This document shows positions 9,184 to 16,930 of a DNA stretch of 19,585 nt, piece by piece. Source of the stretch: an uncultured archaeon (lineage in GTDB: Archaea; Asgardarchaeota; Heimdallarchaeia; Heimdallarchaeales; Kariarchaeaceae); the NCBI GenBank assembly GCA_964645535.1, contig CAZYCQ010000028.1:1-19585 (forward strand). The letters are read 5' to 3'. The notes beneath the pieces are model-generated. The model did not search any database. It saw only the letters and a program-made list of their open reading frames with translations, and was not told the DNA's origin. Position numbers and translations under genes: made by a program. Position 1 is the stretch's first letter. Each line of letters opens with the position of its first letter.

Positions 9184-9549
9184 TCAATCACTGAAAGGTT
9201 CAATTGATAGTTTAGCTTGATCATCAAGTTCAATTACAACTTCAGATCCACGATTTGCGACATTATAGATGGATCCTTCAGTGGACACCCTGATTTTTGA
9301 GGCAAAGAAGGATGTTCCGGATTCATTCCCTTGGGGTGGTATCGTTTGGTCATCTGTCCAAAAGATTCTGGTTCCCCCTCCTTCTCGTTCAGTTGTGATA
9401 AGGTTTGCTGCCTTCAGGATGGCAATGACATCGTACACCCGTCTTTTGGGTGTCCCAATAATTTCTGCAAGCTCTGCATTGTTGATACCTTCTTCGCCTT
9501 TTTGTTTGATTATTTCAATAGCTCTAGCAGCAATTTCTTTCAGTTTCAT
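9184..9549 (-). CDS. E2F/DP-family winged-helix DNA-binding protein (121 aa)
   Basis: NNAELAEIIGTPKRRVYDVIAILKAANLI...RIFW matches the E2F/DP signature RR(I/V)YD..(N)VL....(L/I)I...I.W. SD GAGGT at 9560-9556 and TATA-like TTTATA at 9626-9621. Confidence 0.75.
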   Translation of the reverse strand: MKLKEIAARAIEIIKQKGEEGINNAELAEIIGTPKRRVYDVIAILKAANLITTEREGGGTRIFWTDDQTIPPQGNESGTSFFASKIRVSTEGSIYNVANRGSEVVIELDDQAKLSIEPFSD

Positions 9550-9685
9550 ACTACAACCTCTTGCCAAATCGATGATAGTTCATCGTTTGTTTTTCTGAAT
9601 TATCTTAGCCCAATCTTCTCTATAAACATTATGCCATTGTTGAGAATGACCTTTTAATTCAGCAGTTTTGGGGTTTGTTCGCGTG

Positions 9686-9709
9686 TACCGCCAAATTTTT
9701 GAATTTGGC
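9686..9709. promoter_or_regulatory. E2F-like site and inverted repeat upstream of the E2F-like gene
   Basis: TACCGCCAAATTT at 9686-9698 contains TTTGGCGG on the minus strand. GCCAAATT-tttg-AATTTGGC at 9690-9709 is an inverted repeat with 8-bp arms. Confidence 0.45.
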
Positions 9710-9813
9710 TCCAAAATTGGAGGGCGATTGTGGTGAAAAAATATTACCAAAGAATATATACTAGTACATTTTGGGATTCCGAAATGATGATTGAATGTTC
9801 GATTCTCGCGATA

Positions 9814-9836
9814 GACGCGCGACATTGTCGCGCGTC
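9814..9836. promoter_or_regulatory. Perfect CGCGCG inverted repeat, candidate operator
   Basis: GACGCGCGACA-T-TGTCGCGCGTC, with 11-bp arms and a 1-nt spacer, in an AT-rich divergent intergenic region. Confidence 0.6.
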
Positions 9837-9892
9837 AATTTTCAAGGAAAATTGAGAGCGTTCCTGTTTCCAGTCATTTGCTTTATTAACTA

Positions 9893-11071
9893 ATGGAGGA
9901 AGCCTATTTTGTTTTGCAGGAAAGGAGAGTTTCACAATTTCTTGGTTCAGTTGTTGGATCGGTGACGGCAGAGATTTTTGCCCAAGCTAAACTATTGCAA
10001 AGGCAAGGAAAATCCATAATCAACTTAGCAATTGGACAACCAGATTTCCTACCACCTAACGAGGTGTTGTCCACTGCTTCCAGAGCGATACTTGAAGGCA
10101 ACGTTCGGTATGCTGAAAGTAAAGGAATTTATGAACTTAGAAAAGCAGTAACAGATTATTATGGTCTTCCCCTTGATGTTGAAAACGAAGTAGTCATTAC
10201 GACAGGTGCAAAAATGGGGATTTTTGCATCGATCTGGACAGTGTGCAATCCAGGAGACAATGTTGTTATCCTTGATCCTTCTTGGGTATCTTATGGTTCC
10301 ATTGTTAAGTCCTTGGGATGTGAACCTCGTTACGTTGAAACAGGTCCGGATTTTGTTTTTGACGAAGAAGATTTGATAAGGAAAATCGATGGAAGGACAA
10401 AAGCAGTCATCGTAAACACCCCTTCAAATCCGACAGGGCAGATAATTGGTCAAACTCAATTTCAGAGGATTTTTGAACTTTGTGCCTCCAACGAGATTCT
10501 TTTGGTCAGCGATGAAATCTACAATGAATACGTCTTTGGATCGAAAAAGTTTACCTCGTTGGGTAGCATTAAGAATTGGAAAGAGCATGGAGTAATTGTC
10601 AATGGATTTTCCAAGACTTTTTCGATGACTGGTTTCAGATTAGGTTATACATTATCCAACGAAGTGATTGCCAAGGAAATCAACAAGGTAATGCAATTGA
10701 CAGCAAGTTGTGCATCACCCTTTGCTCAACTAGCTGGGATTTCTGGTTTGGAGCATATTGATGACATGAGAGAAAGGATTCAAACAATTATGAAGCCCCG
10801 TTTGAAAAGATTGATTGAGTTGGATGAGGAGCTGGAGGGGTTCAAGCTCCTTCCTCCTCAAGGAGCCATGTATGGGTGGTTCCAATTGGATGGAAAGGTG
10901 GAAAGTGCAAAATGGGCGCAACAACTCCTATCGGAAAAAGGGGTAGCTGTGACACCGGGTATCGGTTTTGGTCCACATGGAGAGGGATGGTTCAGAGTTT
11001 CCTTTGCAACAGACCCAAGAGTGTTGGAGGAAGGACTTCGCAAAATAGAGGAATTTGTAAGAGGTATTTAA
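9893..11071 (+). CDS. Class I/II PLP aminotransferase (aspartate aminotransferase-like)
   Basis: IGQPDF, NTPSNPTG, SDEIY, GFSKTFSMTGFRLGY and PG.GFG..GEGWFRVSF. The start could be TTG 9914. Confidence 0.9.
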   Translation: MEEAYFVLQERRVSQFLGSVVGSVTAEIFAQAKLLQRQGKSIINLAIGQPDFLPPNEVLSTASRAILEGNVRYAESKGIYELRKAVTDYYGLPLDVENEVVITTGAKMGIFASIWTVCNPGDNVVILDPSWVSYGSIVKSLGCEPRYVETGPDFVFDEEDLIRKIDGRTKAVIVNTPSNPTGQIIGQTQFQRIFELCASNEILLVSDEIYNEYVFGSKKFTSLGSIKNWKEHGVIVNGFSKTFSMTGFRLGYTLSNEVIAKEINKVMQLTASCASPFAQLAGISGLEHIDDMRERIQTIMKPRLKRLIELDEELEGFKLLPPQGAMYGWFQLDGKVESAKWAQQLLSEKGVAVTPGIGFGPHGEGWFRVSFATDPRVLEEGLRKIEEFVRGI

Positions 11072-14000
11072 TGGGAGACAAAAATTGAAGGACTTCCGAG
11101 TTCTTTGATCAGAGAATCTATATGGAATACCAAGGTTCTGACTTCAGAAGGATTTTGTTCAAGCATTGAATAAAGATTTGTGGCTTTTTCCAAGAAAGCA
11201 GAATTTGAGTCGGAAAGATTGATGATTGTTTGTAGGTAGTCCAAGGCAATTGAACTTATATCATTCTTGCAATTTTCATTGAATTCACAATCCATGAGGT
11301 AATAAAAAAGCCCAATGGCATAGAGGCCTGTGAGCAGTTCTGATGAGAGTTGGTTTGCTTTTGAGGCCTTTCGTTTTAAGGTTTGGAGGAGGGATCGCAA
11401 TTCATGGTATCCCTCAGTAACCATATCCAAGGCCTGATAAAAACGCATCCAATCCCTAAATCGTGCATGGATGGAATATTTCGCTTCAAATTTCTGTTTT
11501 GAATTAATTATTTTATTGAATATACGCTGAAACTGGGGGCGGTTTTCCGGGATATTTTTACCAAAAGTAATAATGAGGATTTGGGCGTATTCAATATGTT
11601 TCCTTTCTTTCGTTCGGATATAAGCAATAATAAGTTCATCTATGGCAAGTTCAATCATTTCAAGTACTCTTTCTTTTGGAAGGGCTTTTGTGGACTCAAT
11701 AATTTTTGGGGCATATTGGATAAAGGTTGCGGCATTTGCGGGAGTAGGATTACTTTCATAATTTTCCACCATTCGAAGGAATGCATCGATCACCATTTCG
11801 GAAAATTGTTTGATCTGATCATTTTCTTTTCCTGAATCGCGGATCAATTCAATTCCTTCGATGGCGAGATGATAAGCCAATTCACCTTCTCCTTTTTGTA
11901 AGAGTTCATGATGGCCGGTTTTGAGTTCGCTCAGAACATCGTCAACACGGTTCTGGCTTTTGTAGATTTCAATTAGATCCTGTTTGATTTGTACAATTTG
12001 TTCAGGATTAAGGTATCCTTGATGGCTTTCTTCCATTGCAAGCTGGGATTTAAGTATTCTTTCCTTAATGTCAAGGTCTGTATTCAGGTCAAGAGAAATT
12101 TGAACCAATTCATGCGCAATTGGAGCCATATTCATTTCAATAAGAGTTTTTTGGAGGTGAAGAAGTTTGTCTACCCATGGAATTTCAGCCATCTGTCGAA
12201 TGGTGAAAAACATTCGGTAAAATGTAACCAAAGATTCGATATCTCTGACTTCAAGAGCCACATCAATCGCTTGATCCATAATTTCGGAGAGTAGATCAAG
12301 ATCTTCGTTTAAGACGCTCATTTCAGTAATATCATAGAATATTTGTATGGAAAACCGTCTTTCTTTAATTAGAATTTCCTTATTAACAGCATTTAATGCG
12401 GATCTGGCCATTGCTTTTAGAATTTGGTGTCGATGCTGAGTGTAATTCAGAAAATTTGCGGCAAAATCAAGTAATTGAAGATAAAGGGAATACTTACCGT
12501 ATTTTCCAGCAGTGATTAGTAACTTTTCAATTATGGGTGAAACACGGTCTGCATCATTACGATGTTCTCGTAGATACTCCATCAGATCATCAATAAGGGA
12601 AGGATCATCTTCTTCTTCTTCAAAGATGAGATCAAGAAGCCTTGCATTGATGATTGCAATCAAGTCTTGAAACTCTTCGAAATGGATCAAATGCTCTTTA
12701 ATTATCTTGAGAACCTGAACCTGTTCAAGAATGGGAACCTTTTCGATATTTTTGGTAATGGCAACCGTAAAAGAAAGAATCAAACGTTTTCGTTTTTCTT
12801 GTGTCAATTTTGTGAAGAGATTTTGAATCTGCTCGATAAGAATCGGACCAGCGGGAGCAACTTCTAGGGCATTGACTAAATAGGGGGTCAGCATATCTGC
12901 AAGACCCTTTTCATTGGTTGTAGGAAGGGAGGTAGCCCATAGCAAAATTTCAAAAATTTCGAGGCTGTGAATCTCCTCATCTATGTTATCAAATTCATGC
13001 AATCGTAGAGTAAGAGCATCTTCTACAAGTCCAACCGTGGCTAGTGCATTAGCAAGAGATACCTTCTCATCCTTGGTTTTTGCAATGTCCACGAAGTCAA
13101 GGTAAATTTCAGCAAGGATATCACGGATTTCATTTTCTGGATTTGGGAAATTAACAGTAAGTATTTCGATGAAGCTTAGAATCTGTTGACTTCCCCATTT
13201 GGAAATTTTGTTCCCAATTTTTTTTATGATTTGAAAGAGACGTTGCTCGATAACAATTTCGATAACTGAACCAATGACCATAAGGGCAATTTCTTTTTCA
13301 TTTTGGGAGTACAAAAGGTCGGCAAGATTGACAAGGTTGACAAGTTCCTCTTGGGAAAATTCCGTTCGAATCGTCATGAAATCATTTATTGCATCTTTTG
13401 TGAGAAATTGGAGAAGATCAGAACCTAAAAGGGATAGCTGTTCAGAGTATTTGGCGATAAAGTTCATATTCGGCATTTCATTTTCGAAGTTTTCCAATTC
13501 ATTCAGCATTGGAATGAAGTCTTGATATCTTTGTTGCCTTTCAGTTTCTGCAAAAGAACTAAGGTAGTCGAGAAGGTAAAATCCAATTCTTGACAATGAA
13601 GGTATGGAAGAGGTGAGTACTTGCTGAAGTCCCTTAATTGGAATCTGTTCACTCTTGAATTCGATTTCCAAGGTATTATAGGTAATCTTTGTGCGTGAAG
13701 CATTGAGTAGAGCAAGAGGATTAAATGCAATCAAATTCCATAGATAGTTGGCAAGTTCAGAAAAGGTTTCAAATGAAAGAGCTGCTTTTGGAAAAGAAAA
13801 GTCCATGATTGAATAGTTATCAGGATCGATTTCTTCCGTTGGAGAAAAGTTAAGCAATTCTTCAACAAGTTCATCCCAATATTTGGAAGTGCTGTGCAAG
13901 AAATTCCAGATAGTTACAATGAACCGTTTCCTGTTTTCATCATCTTCAATGATTGGAATTGATAGGAAAACACCACCTTGCATTTCCACCTTCCAACCGA

Positions 14001-14202
14001 AGAAAAAGATACGACGTTTGTTGATGAATAGGGTGCCATGGTCTTCCCAAGGATCAAAATTTGTTGTGTCGGAAATCCATTCCTCAACAACCGATGTAAA
14101 CATCTGATCCCTCTCCCCTTTCCATAAGACGGAATAATCACCTAGATTTTCAAGATTAGAGGTTCCTTCTTTTAAGGAGGTAAGTAAGCAAAGACTAATC
14201 AT
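11068..14202 (-). CDS. Large hypothetical protein (1044 aa): N-terminal alpha/beta domain followed by a long alpha-helical solenoid-like region
   Basis: Long uninterrupted ORF with L/E/I-rich amphipathic helices and no TM segments. Its ATG overlaps the upstream stop codon (ATGA). Confidence 0.85.
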   Translation of the reverse strand: MISLCLLTSLKEGTSNLENLGDYSVLWKGERDQMFTSVVEEWISDTTNFDPWEDHGTLFINKRRIFFFGWKVEMQGGVFLSIPIIEDDENRKRFIVTIWNFLHSTSKYWDELVEELLNFSPTEEIDPDNYSIMDFSFPKAALSFETFSELANYLWNLIAFNPLALLNASRTKITYNTLEIEFKSEQIPIKGLQQVLTSSIPSLSRIGFYLLDYLSSFAETERQQRYQDFIPMLNELENFENEMPNMNFIAKYSEQLSLLGSDLLQFLTKDAINDFMTIRTEFSQEELVNLVNLADLLYSQNEKEIALMVIGSVIEIVIEQRLFQIIKKIGNKISKWGSQQILSFIEILTVNFPNPENEIRDILAEIYLDFVDIAKTKDEKVSLANALATVGLVEDALTLRLHEFDNIDEEIHSLEIFEILLWATSLPTTNEKGLADMLTPYLVNALEVAPAGPILIEQIQNLFTKLTQEKRKRLILSFTVAITKNIEKVPILEQVQVLKIIKEHLIHFEEFQDLIAIINARLLDLIFEEEEDDPSLIDDLMEYLREHRNDADRVSPIIEKLLITAGKYGKYSLYLQLLDFAANFLNYTQHRHQILKAMARSALNAVNKEILIKERRFSIQIFYDITEMSVLNEDLDLLSEIMDQAIDVALEVRDIESLVTFYRMFFTIRQMAEIPWVDKLLHLQKTLIEMNMAPIAHELVQISLDLNTDLDIKERILKSQLAMEESHQGYLNPEQIVQIKQDLIEIYKSQNRVDDVLSELKTGHHELLQKGEGELAYHLAIEGIELIRDSGKENDQIKQFSEMVIDAFLRMVENYESNPTPANAATFIQYAPKIIESTKALPKERVLEMIELAIDELIIAYIRTKERKHIEYAQILIITFGKNIPENRPQFQRIFNKIINSKQKFEAKYSIHARFRDWMRFYQALDMVTEGYHELRSLLQTLKRKASKANQLSSELLTGLYAIGLFYYLMDCEFNENCKNDISSIALDYLQTIINLSDSNSAFLEKATNLYSMLEQNPSEVRTLVFHIDSLIKELGSPSIFVSH

Positions 14203-14555
14203 TTGGTTCCCTCCAGTTCAAGGATGCTCTCCATTTTGATGACAAGATCCTCATAGTACTCCAATAACCAAAGACTAATGTCATTTTCCTCAACGAATGG
14301 TGTTGAAATTTTTGTAATGTGGTCTTTGATTGCACCATGGATTTGTGAATCTTCTATGAAATTAACTTCTGACCAAATAGAAGATGCAAATGACCCTACG
14401 AGTGGCTCATTGTCAAGTATCTGTTCAATTTGGATTGCCAATTCGGTGAATCGATCTTTAGTGGATTGGAGTTCCATTTCTACTTTTTTTCTTGGTTGTT
14501 TGAATACAGGCTTTTTTCTGCGAAAGAAGTTTAACCGAATGCCGAACAGGTTCAT
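14199..14555 (-). CDS. Small helical hypothetical protein with a hydrophobic/basic N-terminus
   Basis: Translationally coupled to the 1044-aa gene. AAAATTATAA at 14590-14581 suggests a leaderless ATG at 14555 (or 14561) rather than 14633. Confidence 0.7.
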   Translation of the reverse strand: MNLFGIRLNFFRRKKPVFKQPRKKVEMELQSTKDRFTELAIQIEQILDNEPLVGSFASSIWSEVNFIEDSQIHGAIKDHITKISTPFVEENDISLWLLEYYEDLVIKMESILELEGTK

Positions 14556-14611
14556 CTTCATCCAATATGGCAACAGCACCTTATAATTTTGTGCGAAACT
14601 TAATGGAATAA

Positions 14612-15070
14612 TTAGAGTTCCGGTTGATCCCAAGTGGCATATTGTTCAACCCATTGGCGAACCTTCTGTTTGAAACCTTCTGGATCTTCTTTCATCATTT
14701 TGGCAGCTCCTGAATGAAGAGGGTCGTCAGGATTAGGATTACTCAACAAAAATCTAAGGCTTTCGACTACATCAACCAAATTGTTGGCAGGAGTCCAATC
14801 TTTGCCTAGGATCCCAATGCAAATTCGATCCTTGAAGAAATTCGGATGGAATATTTGTGTCTTTGTTTTTACAATAGGGGGTTTGAATGGGTATTCTCTA
14901 GGAATTTGGATCTCAAACACAAATACCCCATCACTGTATAGACCCGTTCCAATAATAAATCCCTTCCATCTTGTAATATCATTGTCAATTGGTTCAAAAC
15001 TTGGTTCCTCTCTTTTCATTTCATCGGCTTCGATAGCTAATCTGGCCCAGTAATCATCTTCTGGAAGTAT
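14612..15070 (-). CDS. Ubiquitin-conjugating enzyme E2, apparent ATA start
   Basis: W.G.I.G...Y..G.F, PREYPFKPP, FHPN, catalytic Cys in RICIGIL, WTPA and PNPDDPL. The frame extends upstream of ATG 15019 as ILPEDDYWARLAIEADEM (E2 helix 1) up to TAG 15079-15077. Confidence 0.93.
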   Translation of the reverse strand: MLPEDDYWARLAIEADEMKREEPSFEPIDNDITRWKGFIIGTGLYSDGVFVFEIQIPREYPFKPPIVKTKTQIFHPNFFKDRICIGILGKDWTPANNLVDVVESLRFLLSNPNPDDPLHSGAAKMMKEDPEGFKQKVRQWVEQYATWDQPEL

Positions 15071-15162
15071 GTCGATCTACCCCAACCTGTTTTTCCCTTT
15101 ACCCTTTAATACGTTTTTCTAAATGGTTGTTCCTTCACGCTCCAATCCGATTCTATTTTTTA

Positions 15163-15193
15163 TTTGAAAATTTCAAAGCTAGCGATCGCTAGC
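15163..15193. promoter_or_regulatory. Two adjacent palindromes in the E2/TRAP-beta divergent promoter region
   Basis: TTTGAAA-A-TTTCAAA at 15163-15177, then the perfect 16-bp GCTAGCGATCGCTAGC at 15178-15193, then a TATA-like ATTAAATAA. Confidence 0.5.
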
Positions 15194-15245
15194 ATTAAAT
15201 AAACATGAAAAATCCGGAAATCAGGTAATTAGGAGATACGCGACT

Positions 15246-15932
15246 GTGAAAGGCAAAACCATTACACTTCTAATTTTTATCTTGTGCTTGTCCTTAACCT
15301 CAATCAATGCATTTGAGACCGATCCGACTAAAGTATCAGTCATATCAATTCATGACGGGAAGACCCTTGGTAGGGAACTTGTTCCAGGGATATTGGTAAA
15401 TGTAACTGTTTTGGTCAAAAATTTCTCCAACGATACAATGAGAAATGTCAACATCAGCCAATCCCTTCCAGAAGATCTTGAACTTGTCCTTTCACCATTC
15501 GGAAGCGTTAACTCAGAGATTAATATAACAGAACCAACAGATATTGAAATGCCTACAGGGGAAATCCTTAGGATAAATTCAGGATATGCAAATCGTTCTT
15601 ATTTCACTTTCAATTTCGATTCCTTGATAAATGGATCTGGAATTGCATTTGTTTACTCCATCAATGCAACAAGGGACAAGGTTTTTGACATAGATAGTCT
15701 TCAGGTCGACTACCTTGATCATTGGGGAGATCCACATACAGCCAATGGAAACCGTATCTCCTTGGAATTTTTCCCTCCAGAAGATAAGACAGATGATGAC
15801 CTCTATTATCCAAAATTTGAGGTAGGAGAAGTAGATTGGTTCTTGATAGTTGGCATAGGAGTTGGGGTTGTTTTGGGTGTCAGTATCCTTTCTGCATTAG
15901 TCTATTTCAGAAAGCCTTTTTCGGTGCATTAA
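15246..15932 (+). CDS. Type I membrane glycoprotein, TRAP-beta (SSR2)/BatD-DUF11-like Ig-fold protein
   Basis: Signal peptide; LV.G..VNVTV.VKN......NV.I...LPEDLELV; F.SL..GS...F.Y.I.....F.....V.Y; 8 sequons; C-terminal TM helix followed by RK. AGGAG SD before the GTG start. Confidence 0.6.
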   Translation: MKGKTITLLIFILCLSLTSINAFETDPTKVSVISIHDGKTLGRELVPGILVNVTVLVKNFSNDTMRNVNISQSLPEDLELVLSPFGSVNSEINITEPTDIEMPTGEILRINSGYANRSYFTFNFDSLINGSGIAFVYSINATRDKVFDIDSLQVDYLDHWGDPHTANGNRISLEFFPPEDKTDDDLYYPKFEVGEVDWFLIVGIGVGVVLGVSILSALVYFRKPFSVH

Positions 15933-15982
15933 CTACGAACAAAAACGACAACATATATTTCCCTCCTTCTAAATCGAATGTT

Positions 15983-16930
15983 ATGGAATCATTGAGAAAA
16001 GTTGCAGATGACATTATTTCGCTTACCATTCAGGGAGCAACGAATATTGCAATAGAGGGAGTAAAAGCAGTTGTTGATTATGGAAATTCTTTGCCTTCCA
16101 ACCTTTCAGAAGATGAATTTATCGCAAAAATAAAGGAAGCCGAACAGATTATTCGAAAGACACGGCCAACGGAACCAGCCATGCAAAATGGTCTAAAGTT
16201 ACTGGAGTATGAGTTGAAAAGAAATACGGGGAATGGAACAGAAATGTTGCAAATGGCGATTTCAGAAGCAGCAGAATATTACATTTCATTATTGAAGTCA
16301 ACCAAACAACAGATTATTAACTATGGGGCAAGCCTAATTCAAGACGGATATACAGTAATGACCCATTGTCATTCATCACTTTCTTCAGAAACAATCATTA
16401 AAGCATTTAAGGATGGGAAGGACATTAGAGCTATCGCAACAGAAACACGTCCAAGATATCAGGGGAGAAAAACAGCAGTTGAACTGAGTGAAGCAGGGAT
16501 TCCTACAACGCAAGTAGTGGATTCTGCCATGAGGTGGGTAATGAGGAAAATGAATGTGGATATGGTCATTATCGGAATGGATGCAGTAACCTCGTTAGGG
16601 ACAGTCATCAATAAGATTGGCTCTAGACTTCTTGCCCTTGCAGCCAAAGAGGCAGATGTACCTTTCTTCGTTTCGGGATCCCTCTTGAAATTTGACAGTG
16701 ATACAATGTTTGGAAAAAGAACCGAGATTGAAGAAAGAGATATCATTGAAATCACCAAGGATTGGGAGAACGCTCCGAAAAATCTGACAATATTGAATCC
16801 TGCCTTTGAATCCGTTTCAAGAGACTATATTGATGGATTAATTACGGAACAAGGCATTTTTGCCCCAGAATTGGTATATAAATTGGTAAAGGAAAAGTAT
16901 CCGTTCATGGTTGAGGAAACTACTCTATAG
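15983..16930 (+). CDS. Ribose-1,5-bisphosphate isomerase (eIF2B alpha/beta/delta family)
   Basis: IQGATNIA, RPTEP, THCHS (catalytic Cys), ETRP.YQG, GMDAV (catalytic Asp), NKIGS and NPAFE. It lies next to AMP phosphorylase. Confidence 0.92.
   Translation: MESLRKVADDIISLTIQGATNIAIEGVKAVVDYGNSLPSNLSEDEFIAKIKEAEQIIRKTRPTEPAMQNGLKLLEYELKRNTGNGTEMLQMAISEAAEYYISLLKSTKQQIINYGASLIQDGYTVMTHCHSSLSSETIIKAFKDGKDIRAIATETRPRYQGRKTAVELSEAGIPTTQVVDSAMRWVMRKMNVDMVIIGMDAVTSLGTVINKIGSRLLALAAKEADVPFFVSGSLLKFDSDTMFGKRTEIEERDIIEITKDWENAPKNLTILNPAFESVSRDYIDGLITEQGIFAPELVYKLVKEKYPFMVEETTL

Noticed and set aside
9580-9935. ORFs 9580-9825 and 9744-9935
   Set aside because: They have no recognisable motifs and overlie promoter elements and palindromes of the divergent intergenic region.
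15983-16930. eIF2B subunit or methylthioribose-1-phosphate isomerase
   Set aside because: The THCHS and GxD catalytic pattern and the adjacent AMP phosphorylase favour R15P isomerase.
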